Shown: piece by piece, positions 39,318 through 48,832 of the stretch
Layout of the letters: every line of letters starts with the position of its first letter
Numbering within the stretch: the stretch's first letter is position 1
From: Treponema sp.
GTDB lineage: Bacteria; Spirochaetota; Spirochaetia; Treponematales; Treponemataceae
Direction of reading: 5' to 3'
Assembly: GCA_017651065.1 (NCBI GenBank)
Contig: JAGCDP010000011.1
Span: forward strand, 14,964-78,963
DNA: 64,000 nucleotides
Position numbers and translations under genes: made by a program
The notes under the pieces: model-generated
The model's database searches: none
What the model was told of the DNA's origin: nothing
The model's input: only the letters and a program-made list of their open reading frames with translations

Positions 39318-41249
39318 ATGAATCGACGAATTGCTGTTCTAACATGTGGCTGGAGCTCTCACTTCCTTAAAGGCTTTATTCAGGGAATGATGCGTGCAGT
39401 TGAAGGAAAGAATATAGATATTTATGTATTCAATACCTACAACTACATAGAATATTCAGGTTTCCCGAACAACACAGGTTTTTCTGTATTCAATCTCATA
39501 AACTACGAAGATTTTGACGGCATTGTTATGCTTTCCGATTTAATCAACAATGCCCGTGTGCTTGAACGCGAAAGGCTTAGAATTATAAAAGCAAACAAGC
39601 CTGCAATTACAATCAATAAAAAGCTTCAGGGAATCTGTTGTCTTAAGGTGGACAATTACACGGGAATGTACGAAGTACTTGCTCACCTTATCCGCATGCA
39701 TAATGTTTCAGACATTGCCTATATTTCAGGAAAAGAATCTGCTGTAGATATTGCCGAACGCTACAAGGCATATAAAGCAGTTTTAGAAGACAACAATATT
39801 CCATTCAATAACGAAAAGGTTTATACAATCGATTCGTGCGATTATCACATTGCCTATACTTTTTTTGATGACTATGTAAAATCAGGAAAAAAACTTCCGC
39901 AGGCCTTCTGCTGTGCTAACGATCTTATTGCCATGGCATTGCTCAAGGTTTGCGTAGAAAATAAAATCAAGGTTCCGGAGCAGCTTAAAATAATCGGCTT
40001 TGATAACATGACAGAAACACAATGTACAAAGCCTTCAATTACAACAGTAAATAATAATGCAGAGCTCCTTGGTTCCGAAGCAGTAAACCGCCTTCTCAGG
40101 GGAATCAATCCGCTGCAGACATTGAGTGTAAAAAGTAATCCTGTTTTAAGACAGTCCTGCGGCTGCAGTTATTCGGTTACTTCGGCACAAAATCTTTTTG
40201 CACTTAAAATCCTTGATGAATCAAATAAAAAAGAGGCTTTCGATTCCCATATGGAAACAATGGGAGAAATTTTTACAGAAGCAGCAGACGTTTTTACGCT
40301 TCTTACAAATATCGAAAACTTTTTTGCAAAATCGCATAGCTTTGAAGGAACAGATTTCTGTATCTTTATGAAATCAGACTGGACTTCGGTACTCATAAAC
40401 TCAGCCGAAAATCTTCCACAAAATCTTACATATGGTCCGCAAGTTCAGGCTATCAGCTCTGTGCAGAACAATCAGAAATATCTGCGCGAAATGATTCCTG
40501 TCCGCGATTTAATTCCTTCAAAAATGAAAACAGATGACAAGAGTAATGTATTTTTGTTCATGCCTGTTTTTCATCATTCATATGTTTACGGCTACTATGT
40601 TGCAAAAAATAATCTTACAATGATCGACAACCGCTACGGATATTTGTGGACCCGCAACATGGGAACAGGCATTGAACACTTCCGCAAAAAGAATATGTTC
40701 AAACAGATGAGTCAGCAGTATCTGCGCCTTTCTACAAAAGATGCTCTTTCAGGTGCGCTCAACCGCCAGGGCCTGGAAAAAATGGCAAAGCCTTATTATG
40801 CCCAGAATAAAAAGAACGGGCTTACTACTGTTTTATTCTTTGTTGATATTAATAAGATGAAGCATATCAATGATAAGTTTGGTCATCTTCACGGCGACCT
40901 TGCAGTAAAAACAGTTGCAGCTGCCGTGCTCGAAACAATCCCAAAAAACTGGCTGTGTATCCGCTACGGAGGCGACGAGTTCCTTGTAGTAGGTAACAGC
41001 AAAAATTACAACGGCGAAGATTACTGCACAATGATTAAAGACCGCCTTGCCAAAAAAACATCTGTCATGCATCTGCCATATAATCTTTCTGCCAGCGTAG
41101 GAACCTATTCCGTCCCACCACAGATGGATATAACTTTGGAACAGGCAGTAGAAAATGTAGATAACATCATGTACGAGCAGAAACAGGAATTTCACCGCGC
41201 GGACCCTGAGCTTGTCGAAGGGCAAAAAGAAGTTGATGGAAAAGAATGA
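39318..41249 (+). CDS. Diguanylate cyclase with N-terminal LacI-type sugar-binding domain
   Basis: VDNYTGM, FCCANDLIA, IIGFDN, PSITTV, RQSCGC, then NDKFGHLHGD and an intact RYGGDEF. Confidence 0.9.
   Translation: MNRRIAVLTCGWSSHFLKGFIQGMMRAVEGKNIDIYVFNTYNYIEYSGFPNNTGFSVFNLINYEDFDGIVMLSDLINNARVLERERLRIIKANKPAITINKKLQGICCLKVDNYTGMYEVLAHLIRMHNVSDIAYISGKESAVDIAERYKAYKAVLEDNNIPFNNEKVYTIDSCDYHIAYTFFDDYVKSGKKLPQAFCCANDLIAMALLKVCVENKIKVPEQLKIIGFDNMTETQCTKPSITTVNNNAELLGSEAVNRLLRGINPLQTLSVKSNPVLRQSCGCSYSVTSAQNLFALKILDESNKKEAFDSHMETMGEIFTEAADVFTLLTNIENFFAKSHSFEGTDFCIFMKSDWTSVLINSAENLPQNLTYGPQVQAISSVQNNQKYLREMIPVRDLIPSKMKTDDKSNVFLFMPVFHHSYVYGYYVAKNNLTMIDNRYGYLWTRNMGTGIEHFRKKNMFKQMSQQYLRLSTKDALSGALNRQGLEKMAKPYYAQNKKNGLTTVLFFVDINKMKHINDKFGHLHGDLAVKTVAAAVLETIPKNWLCIRYGGDEFLVVGNSKNYNGEDYCTMIKDRLAKKTSVMHLPYNLSASVGTYSVPPQMDITLEQAVENVDNIMYEQKQEFHRADPELVEGQKEVDGKE
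41203..41223. repeat. Family-2 element in the last codons of the GGDEF gene, at the left edge of the island
   Basis: accctgagcttgtcgaagggc, translated as DPELVEG. Confidence 0.8.
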
Positions 41250-41571
41250 AAAAAAACGATTTTTTGTTCCTGTGCTGTTAGTTTACTTTTTAGTAAGTAT
41301 TGTCGCATCCTGGTTTCAAGAACTTGTTGTTATAAAGATAAAAATCTTTTCAGATGTAGTTTTTCTGGGACTGTTTATATTGCAGACAATATCTATGATG
41401 TATTATTTATTTATGGAATTTACAAAACTAGAACCAAATCTTATTAATATGCTTGGCTATGCTCCATTGATTGTTTTCTTTGCATTCTGGCTTATGCGGG
41501 ATATAAAACTGTTAAAGAAAATCCTGTCAGAAAACAGTATGAAGGAATTTGATGAAAAACCTTTCAATTGA
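41236..41571 (+). CDS. Small multi-TM protein, putative orphan immunity
   Basis: Start at ATG 41236. C-terminal WLMRDIKLLKK is shared with 44298-44717 (WLVRDIKLLKK). Confidence 0.6.
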   Translation: MEKNEKKRFFVPVLLVYFLVSIVASWFQELVVIKIKIFSDVVFLGLFILQTISMMYYLFMEFTKLEPNLINMLGYAPLIVFFAFWLMRDIKLLKKILSENSMKEFDEKPFN

Positions 41572-41683
41572 TAATCTGTTGCTCTGTCATTAATTTAATG
41601 CTGTCTAGTTATATTTTTCATTTTCTTGCTTTTTGGTTAATTCGTAATATAATAATATTAGATAAATGTATATGTGAGGATAA

Positions 41684-42952
41684 ATGAAAATACAAAAACG
41701 CAGGCTTCCAAAATTCATAGACATCAACACATTTGATTTCACTCCTTATGGCCGTGAGCTTACAAGAGAGGAGTCTTATCGTGTAAATGGTGGAAACGTT
41801 AATGAAGATGTTCATACAGTTCAAAGCGGGGATACTCTTGGAACACTGGTTTATAATTACAACCAGGAACATGGAACAAATCTTACAGTAAACGAAGTTG
41901 CTGCAAATAATGGTATTGATAATCCTGATCTTATATATGTAGGGCAGACGATTAATTTTGGGAATCCTGGTAATAATCAAGAAAAGCCACAAACAGATAC
42001 GTCATCAGATAATTCAACTCCAGACATTACTCCTCAACAGCCGAATCAGTCTTTAATACCGACTTCAATTTATACAAATTCCGGTAATAATGGAAATTAT
42101 AAACCATCTTATTCCACATCTTCAGATTGTTATAACCCAGAATCTTCTGATCCTTGTAATAATAGTTCAAGTAATTATAATGATAGAGAATATCCGAGTA
42201 GTAAGGATGGATTGATAAATACAAATAATAAACGAAATGCGGGAAGTGGAAAGGCTGTAAATTCAATTAATAAAATCTATGTTTCCAGTTTAGGTTATGA
42301 AATAGATTATTATAATAAAATAATAAGGTCACCTCGCAATAATCAAAAGGCATTGTTGGAGGCTTCAGAAAAATTCCTTGCATTTGAGAGGGAAGAACTT
42401 GGTTATACTTTTGAAGTATTATGTGAGAATAGTGAATCTATAAAGTTTTTGAAATATTCAGAAATAGTAAGTTTCATGGGTGAATTGCAGCCAGATGTTG
42501 ACTTCTTTATTGGAATAGATAATAGTTGTAAAACAGCAAATCAAAATAAAGTTGATAAAGAGGTTTTTTTAGAAATTCACAAAAAGAATAATAATAATTC
42601 CGGATATAATGGGATAAATGTTCAAGGTGGTCTTTTAAGATTATCATCAGAATTAAATAATTCTAAAATGACGAATAATATAGCAGGTAGTTTTTCTTTA
42701 GATGTTATGGATGGTGAATATAATATTGAAACAGGCAAAGGATTGAAAGCTTCCGTCGGTTTAAATATATCTACTGTATCTGGTGAAATAGGTATACAGG
42801 GTGATGATTGGAAATTTACAGTAGGGGGAGCTTTGGGCTTAGGAGTATCTGGCGGTTTTGATATAAATGTTCCAGAAAAAAGATTAGCTTTGGATCTTAC
42901 AGCTGTATATGGCATTTCGTTTGTTATAGATTTGCCAGATAGTGGATTTTAA
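41684..42952 (+). CDS. Substrate/toxin A: GG leader, LysM, Ser/Asn linker, Gly-rich C-terminal tip
   Basis: MKIQKRRLPKFIDINTFDFTPYGRELTREESYRVNGG; LysM HTVQSGDTL...NGIDNPDLIYVGQTI; tip contains VGGALGLGVSGG. Confidence 0.8.
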   Translation: MKIQKRRLPKFIDINTFDFTPYGRELTREESYRVNGGNVNEDVHTVQSGDTLGTLVYNYNQEHGTNLTVNEVAANNGIDNPDLIYVGQTINFGNPGNNQEKPQTDTSSDNSTPDITPQQPNQSLIPTSIYTNSGNNGNYKPSYSTSSDCYNPESSDPCNNSSSNYNDREYPSSKDGLINTNNKRNAGSGKAVNSINKIYVSSLGYEIDYYNKIIRSPRNNQKALLEASEKFLAFEREELGYTFEVLCENSESIKFLKYSEIVSFMGELQPDVDFFIGIDNSCKTANQNKVDKEVFLEIHKKNNNNSGYNGINVQGGLLRLSSELNNSKMTNNIAGSFSLDVMDGEYNIETGKGLKASVGLNISTVSGEIGIQGDDWKFTVGGALGLGVSGGFDINVPEKRLALDLTAVYGISFVIDLPDSGF

Positions 42953-42953
42953 T

Positions 42954-43331
42954 ATGGAAAAAAATAGAAAAAGGTATTTTTTCTTTCTCCTTTTATTAGT
43001 TTTTATATTTGGTTTTTTAGTTTTTCTGTCGGTACATAAACCATTATCTGAGAGTGAACCATATGTATATTCAATGGAATTATTGAATCAGAACAAAACT
43101 GTAAAGGAGTATCTGGGTGATAAGATAAAACGTTTATCTGTTATTAAGGTTATAATTGATGAAAATGAGGATGGAAGCGGAAAAGCAGAAATAATTCTTT
43201 TAGTAAAGGGGAATAAAGGAAAAGGCATACTCTATGTTAATTCAATTAAACAAAATAATGAATGGCGTTACAGTAAAATTGAGTTTGATACCAAAACTGG
43301 AAATACTGGTATAATAAATCTAATCAATTAA
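42954..43331 (+). CDS. Single-TM protein resembling the bacterial Coa1-like family, putative immunity to A
   Basis: Starts 1 nt after the toxin A stop. TM followed by Y..SMELLNQN..VKEYLG...G.GKAEI...VKGNKGKG.LY......W. Confidence 0.55.
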   Translation: MEKNRKRYFFFLLLLVFIFGFLVFLSVHKPLSESEPYVYSMELLNQNKTVKEYLGDKIKRLSVIKVIIDENEDGSGKAEIILLVKGNKGKGILYVNSIKQNNEWRYSKIEFDTKTGNTGIINLIN

Positions 43332-43346
43332 ATAAAAGCAGAAATA

Positions 43347-43712
43347 ATGAAGAAGAACCTGATTATTAATTTTTGTATAACCTTTCTCATAAATATAATT
43401 ATTGCTACTTTATTAGTTATTTTTTCTCCCCATATTGATTATTTTCTAAAGACTTTAATGATACTAGGTATTTCGATTATTATATATACTCTTTTGAATT
43501 TGTTTTTTTATTTTAGTGTAAAATTTAATTCTTCTTTGTGTATAGGAAATGCGGTTTTATTTATTGGATTAATTATTTTTTCATTTATGGTAATAATAGG
43601 CTTTTTTTACGTACTTATATGTCATGAATATTTTTTTGTTATTATGATTATACCTGTATTAACAACTTCAATAAATTGGTTGATAATCATTTATAATGAA
43701 AAATATACATAA
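43347..43712 (+). CDS. Four-TM small protein, putative orphan immunity
   Basis: 121 aa, almost entirely hydrophobic, very AT-rich. Confidence 0.55.
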   Translation: MKKNLIINFCITFLINIIIATLLVIFSPHIDYFLKTLMILGISIIIYTLLNLFFYFSVKFNSSLCIGNAVLFIGLIIFSFMVIIGFFYVLICHEYFFVIMIIPVLTTSINWLIIIYNEKYT

Positions 43713-43789
43713 ATAATGGATAGGAATTATTGCTGTTGTAATTTCTGTAATACTACCAAAATAATCTTAGAAAAAATGGAAATAATTAA

Positions 43790-44284
43790 ATGAAAAAACA
43801 AAAAAATAGCCTTCCAAAATTCATAGACATCAACACATTTGATTTCACACCTTACGGCCGTGAGCTTACAAGAGAAGAGGCTTATCTTGTTAATGGTGGA
43901 GACGTTAATGAAGATGTTCATACAGTTCAAAGCGGGGATACTCTTTGAACACTAGTTTACAATTATAATCAGGAACACGGAACAAATAGATCTCTAAATT
44001 CAGAAGGAGAATGGATTATAAACAGTAAAACAGATGTTAGTGGTTATAATTGGTATATGAAGGGATTTAATATATATGACATGAATATTGTTTACAGAAA
44101 TGATAAGATTGATATTGAAAAAACAGCTGAAAATATTATAGGGTCCATAACCACCTGTACGACATATTATGCATTAGATCATATGAATGATAAAATGTAT
44201 AAGGAAAACTGTGTTACTGCATTGTATAATACTATTGCATTTCAACCTTCTGGAAGATACTTTAAAAATACTATGGGAGAATAA
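43790..44284 (+). pseudogene. Silenced toxin cassette: GG leader, half LysM (nonsense at 43946), different C-terminal tip
   Basis: MKKQKNSLPKFIDINTFDFTPYGRELTREEAYLVNGGDVNEDVHTVQSGDTL* (GGA changed to TGA). The frame continues TLVYNYNQEHGTN then RSLNSEG..., in frame with the 44057-44284 ORF. Confidence 0.8.
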
Positions 44285-44297
44285 TTATTTATTGGTT

Positions 44298-44717
44298 ATG
44301 GAAAACAGTTCAATAAAAAGAAGACCCAAAGATATAGTTTTTCTTTTCCTACGTTTCTTGTACCTGGTGGTTATTTATTGTTGTTTATTTATGCCACCTG
44401 GGCCAACTTCCTTTGTTTTTTTTCCATTAGATTACAGATTCTTTTTTTCTCATTTAGTTGTGTATTTTATTTTTGCTATTATTTTTTTGTTCATCTCAGA
44501 AAAGAAATTCGTAAGAATTAAATATGCTTTTGATCTATTGTTTGTCGTTCTTCTCTCAATAATGACTATTATAGTATTTTGTTCAGGATTGAATTCATCA
44601 GATGGGGGAGGCATTTTAGTTATCTTCATTATTTTTCAATATTTTCCTATTTACATTCCTTTTATAATCTGGCTTGTGCGCGATATAAAATTGTTAAAGA
44701 AAAATTCCAATAGATGA
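44298..44717 (+). CDS. Four-TM protein, putative immunity to the 43790 cassette
   Basis: ATG 44298 lies just after the cassette stop. Paralogous C-terminus to 41236-41571. Confidence 0.6.
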   Translation: MENSSIKRRPKDIVFLFLRFLYLVVIYCCLFMPPGPTSFVFFPLDYRFFFSHLVVYFIFAIIFLFISEKKFVRIKYAFDLLFVVLLSIMTIIVFCSGLNSSDGGGILVIFIIFQYFPIYIPFIIWLVRDIKLLKKNSNR

Positions 44718-44737
44718 TTTATTGTACCGTCATATTA

Positions 44738-44870
44738 TTCATTTCCAGAAAACATTAGTGATTTTAATACTGTCTGTTTTCCATTGTTCATTTTGTTTGC
44801 CGTTTATTCTTGTCTACGGAAATGCTGACTGTTGATAAGAAACAATTGTATCATTTGACAAAAAAAACTA
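44738..44870 (-). pseudogene. Scar of a deleted copy of the exporter operon
   Basis: 44738-44813 is similar to the lipoprotein 3' end (46881-46956). ggaaatgctgactgttga matches 47056-47073. aattgtatca.ttgacaaaaaaaa matches the PCAT upstream region (52173-52196). Confidence 0.8.
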
Positions 44871-44945
44871 TAAAATTAACTTTTTTTTTGATTTTTATTT
44901 AATCCGTTATATAATATAATCAGATATTTGTATTTGTGAGGATAA

Positions 44946-45935
44946 ATGAAAACAAAACGTAAACTTCCCAAATTCATAGATATCAACACATTTGATTTCA
45001 CACCTTACGGACGTGAACTTACAAGAGAAGAGGCGTATCTTGTTAATGGCGGGCAGGTAATGACACCGGAAGACCAGTATGCAATGGCACAGGCCCATGC
45101 CCGCGGTGACAAAGAAACCATGGATGCAATTGTTGCAAAGTATGAAAATAAGGATAAACAGGAGCCAGAGCAGACAAGTTCTGCTACAGGCAGTTCATCG
45201 GGTTCTGGTACATCTTCTCAGGAGACTGATCCAAATACGGTAATTCCTATGAATTTTGATGCACTGCCAAGACCTGAAGGAACAATGTCTCCTGACGAGC
45301 AGGCAATGATGGCCATGTATGATGAGATGATAAAAACAGGTTCAGGCCGGAACATGCAATATGGAACACAGGCAGGTTATGTAGTGAATCAAGAAGGCGC
45401 CGCAACCCTTGGCCATGCAGGATGGTTTGTTCAGACTTATAATAATAAATTTGTTTTCTTTGAAGTTATAGGTATTTCACCTAAAGCAAATGGTTTAGAA
45501 GAGGATACTCCATCATACACTACAGAAAAAGATAACTTAAACAAAGCTACAACAGTTTTAAGTAATTCACCGGTAGGAAAGGTAACCATGCCTCTTGCAG
45601 CATTATCGGGCTTTCCTACACAGGCAGGTTGTCTTGTCAGAGTTTATGATTCGAAAGAAGAAATGAAAGAAGAATTGAGTAAAATGGGTTTTGATGAAAT
45701 GGTAGTATTTAATACGAATTCCGTACAGAATGCATATATTTATGAAGCGTCTGTAGAATTCGGGAAGAGTTTTACTGGATATGAGGTGCTTACAAACAGC
45801 TGCGGAATAGCAGGAAGGGATTCGTTAACCGTAGAGGGAAGTGGAATAAAATGTTACTTTGATACACCAGTACCTAATATAATAGACGATTCTCTGTTTG
45901 TAAGTAACGGAAACTGCTGGTGGGAAAAACTCTGA
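44946..45935 (+). CDS. Substrate/toxin B: GG leader, helical MTPEDQ module, permuted papain-like (His...NxC) domain
   Basis: Leader ..ELTREEAYLVNGG; LGHAGW (His157) precedes YEVLTNSC (Cys286). Confidence 0.75.
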   Translation: MKTKRKLPKFIDINTFDFTPYGRELTREEAYLVNGGQVMTPEDQYAMAQAHARGDKETMDAIVAKYENKDKQEPEQTSSATGSSSGSGTSSQETDPNTVIPMNFDALPRPEGTMSPDEQAMMAMYDEMIKTGSGRNMQYGTQAGYVVNQEGAATLGHAGWFVQTYNNKFVFFEVIGISPKANGLEEDTPSYTTEKDNLNKATTVLSNSPVGKVTMPLAALSGFPTQAGCLVRVYDSKEEMKEELSKMGFDEMVVFNTNSVQNAYIYEASVEFGKSFTGYEVLTNSCGIAGRDSLTVEGSGIKCYFDTPVPNIIDDSLFVSNGNCWWEKL

Positions 45936-45943
45936 GGCTGTAC

Positions 45944-46843
45944 ATGAAAAAAAAGGTTGTTTTTGTTTTACTGGTTTTCCTTTTTTCATTTTACTGTCAT
46001 GCTGCAGAAAGTATTAAAGTTCCCATGATATACAACAACTGGAATGAAAGGATTATAGTATTCGGAGACACAGTAATTCCTAATCAACCCTATCACTGTT
46101 GTGCTTATGACGGTAAACAGCAAAAATTCTGGTTACATATAGCCGAGGAACATACTTCTACCTTTAATCAAATTAATATAAATGGACAGATAGAAGAGAC
46201 AATAACCATAACCTTTGGTAGTTTTGGAGCTTGGGATAATGGTCCGTTTTTTGTTTATGATAATCTTGCAGTTGTTTGGGCTTATACTAAAAAAAATAAA
46301 ATGATTATTGTAAATCTGGAAACAAAAGAATTCAAAGTTTTTGACTTGTCAAAATACAGTTATTATCCTGTTTATGGTTTTCGTGACAATAAAGTTTTTA
46401 TCTTTAATAATGTAGAAGATAAAGTAAAGTATTATGACTGCCTTACAGGTGAGCTTTTTGATGCCAAAACAGACTTACAGGGATACGGTTTTATGCCGTT
46501 TGGAAATGCATATGTAGGCTTGAATAAAAAGGGAAAAATTGTAATACAGAAGTTTGATACTGGGGAAATTATAGAAACAAAAATTCAAGGCATCAGAAAA
46601 AGAACCTCAGGTGATGTTAATGACAGATACTATATGACAGAAAAGTACCTGTATTTTTCAAAGAAAGACAGAGGATATAGTTTTACGCATGGAATTCAGC
46701 TTTTCTTTGCAAAATTCTTTTATGATCTTAACCACGAACCAATTCCCCATAAGTGGTACCGCTATTCTCTTGAAACAGGAGAAATAGAAGAAATAAAGAC
46801 AGACTATCCCTTTATAAACCTGCTTGGAGTAGTTGAGGAATAA
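45944..46843 (+). CDS. Sec-exported beta-rich protein, putative immunity to B
   Basis: Signal peptide MKKKVVFVLLVFLFSFYCHA. Paralog of 53295-54194 and 57121-58011. Confidence 0.7.
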   Translation: MKKKVVFVLLVFLFSFYCHAAESIKVPMIYNNWNERIIVFGDTVIPNQPYHCCAYDGKQQKFWLHIAEEHTSTFNQININGQIEETITITFGSFGAWDNGPFFVYDNLAVVWAYTKKNKMIIVNLETKEFKVFDLSKYSYYPVYGFRDNKVFIFNNVEDKVKYYDCLTGELFDAKTDLQGYGFMPFGNAYVGLNKKGKIVIQKFDTGEIIETKIQGIRKRTSGDVNDRYYMTEKYLYFSKKDRGYSFTHGIQLFFAKFFYDLNHEPIPHKWYRYSLETGEIEEIKTDYPFINLLGVVEE

Positions 46844-46881
46844 AAAAGCATTGATAACAGCGAATTGCTCCGTTGTTAATT

Positions 46882-47292
46882 TTATTTCCAGAAAACATTA
46901 GTTATTTTAATACTGTCTGTTTTCCATTTTTCATTTTGTTTGTCGTTTATTCTTGTATCAAATTCAAATTGTATGGGAATAAAAACAGAAGAGCCTGGAC
47001 TGATTGTAATGTCAAAAGATACTGTTTTATAGTATTCTCTTTCTGTTGATTCACAGGAAATGCTGACTGTTGAATTGTAAATATCAATGTTGCCTGTGTT
47101 TGTTATTTTAAGCGTTGCATTTAAATAACGTATATAATAAGTTGCTGTTTCATACTTGTATTCTTCTTGTGTGGTATAAGCAGAAAGCAGTTCCGCATTA
47201 CCACACGGGGCATCAAACAATTTACAGCCGTTAAGTTGCAGTACAATAAACAAAAGTATAATAGTAGTTCCAAGTTTAAAACAGTTTTTCAT
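46882..47292 (-). CDS. Small lipoprotein, last gene of the exporter operon
   Basis: Lipobox LNGC, RBS GGAGG, overlaps the stop of the TolC-like gene. Confidence 0.7.
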   Translation of the reverse strand: MKNCFKLGTTIILLFIVLQLNGCKLFDAPCGNAELLSAYTTQEEYKYETATYYIRYLNATLKITNTGNIDIYNSTVSISCESTEREYYKTVSFDITISPGSSVFIPIQFEFDTRINDKQNEKWKTDSIKITNVFWK

Positions 47293-48832
47293 AAATGCCT
47301 CCTAATAGTTCATTCATTAAATCTTTATTTGCACCATATATTTCAATTACTTTAAGCTGATTGTTTATTGTTTTCCAAAATGTTTTTACATAATCAGAGT
47401 AGATAAGATAATACATAGTCTCGCTTTTGTAAAAATCATTGCTTGTAATCAATCCTTGAGAAAACAGGGTCATTCGTTCGTTTCGGAAAGTCTCTTCTTC
47501 TGTAAGCTGCTGCTCAAGAGTGGCCATGTATTCCGAATCAGATTTAATTTGATTCAGCAGGAGTGTCAGTTCATTTTTCTGTGAAGTTTGATTCATTTGC
47601 CTTTCTTTTTTTATAGAGTCACAGTAAAGATTATATATTTCTTTTCTAAGTGTTTTTGCTTTCGGTAATTCAAAACTTTTATATATTCCAACAACAAATG
47701 AAAAATTTACAGGGTAAGGTCTTTGATTCAGTACTCTGAATGATTTAAACCAGTCGGAGTAAGCATAATTAAAATTATTGTCGGTACTTAAAGATGAAGA
47801 AAGATATAATATTGGTGAAGATTGTTTGTCGTCATTCTGATATTGAAATTTATATTGTTTTAAAACACTTTCATATATAAGACTGTCAAGATTGCTTGCC
47901 AAAATTGCATCTTGTTCTTCTTGAGTATAGTCTGCAAATTTTTCAAGAGTTTTAAGAATAGACTCTCTAAGTTCGTTTTTTCTGGTATTTATAATCTCAC
48001 AATTATAATCAGGAATAATAATACGAAGTTCTTTTAATTTTTCATTTTTTTCAAATATTATATTGCTAAGCGAATCCTGAGAATTGACGTATTGATGTAC
48101 AGCATAAAAGGTTTCAAGATTTGATCTAAGTCCAGATTCATTTTTTTCTTGTGTAGTATTGGCTTCACTTTCGTATTGTTTAACAAGAGCTTCATAATAA
48201 TCTTCTTGTGCACAAAGAAAGTCTGTTTCTGAAATAAGCATAATTAAATATTTGAATTCTTCAAACAAATTCTTATCTAATACCATACGGCTATATTGCA
48301 TTTGCTCTTGTAATAAAAGTAATTCCGGATCTTTTGTTATTCCAAAAGTTCCCCTTGAAAGCCCCTGGTTAAAACTTAATTCAAGACTTGGATACTGAAT
48401 AAATAAGTTTCTTTCTGTAAGGTAACTAAATGCATAATCTGCAGTTAATGAAACCTGGCCGTTCCCAGGAAGTTTTTGAATAATCGAAACCGATGTAACA
48501 GGAGACAGCAGTAATGTATGTTCACTATCTATGTTTTGTGTCTGATTTAATATATTAATATAATCAGAGCGTTTGAAGTTAAAATTATTTTGAATACCTG
48601 TTTGTATTACAGGTACCCACGAATAATCATATTGTTTTTTCTTAATCAAAGAAGATTGATATTCATTCAATAAATTTGTCACCCTGGTATTGTTTAAAAA
48701 TGCAGTTTGGAAAATGCCAATCCAAAAACTATCTTGCTGCATTTCATTTTGAGCATATAAAACAGAATTAACAAAAAAGAAATGAAAAATGAAGATAATG
48801 CTTATTATTTTGTATTTAGATTTTAGTACCAC
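47276..48832 (-). CDS. TolC-like outer membrane channel
   Basis: Signal peptide, 518 aa, alternating long helices and beta-strands (QKLPGNG, FSQGLITSNDF), co-operonic with HlyD and PCAT. Confidence 0.7.
   Translation of the reverse strand: MVLKSKYKIISIIFIFHFFFVNSVLYAQNEMQQDSFWIGIFQTAFLNNTRVTNLLNEYQSSLIKKKQYDYSWVPVIQTGIQNNFNFKRSDYINILNQTQNIDSEHTLLLSPVTSVSIIQKLPGNGQVSLTADYAFSYLTERNLFIQYPSLELSFNQGLSRGTFGITKDPELLLLQEQMQYSRMVLDKNLFEEFKYLIMLISETDFLCAQEDYYEALVKQYESEANTTQEKNESGLRSNLETFYAVHQYVNSQDSLSNIIFEKNEKLKELRIIIPDYNCEIINTRKNELRESILKTLEKFADYTQEEQDAILASNLDSLIYESVLKQYKFQYQNDDKQSSPILYLSSSLSTDNNFNYAYSDWFKSFRVLNQRPYPVNFSFVVGIYKSFELPKAKTLRKEIYNLYCDSIKKERQMNQTSQKNELTLLLNQIKSDSEYMATLEQQLTEEETFRNERMTLFSQGLITSNDFYKSETMYYLIYSDYVKTFWKTINNQLKVIEIYGANKDLMNELLGGIYEKLF

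Noticed and set aside
1625-41225. Many short overlapping ORFs in the six-frame track within housekeeping genes
   Set aside because: They lie antisense or out of frame to well-supported genes and show no motifs or RBS.
43946-43948. In-frame TGA as selenocysteine or programmed readthrough
   Set aside because: It aligns with a Gly (GGA) in the paralogous LysM, and the domain is truncated shortly after. A simple nonsense mutation explains it.
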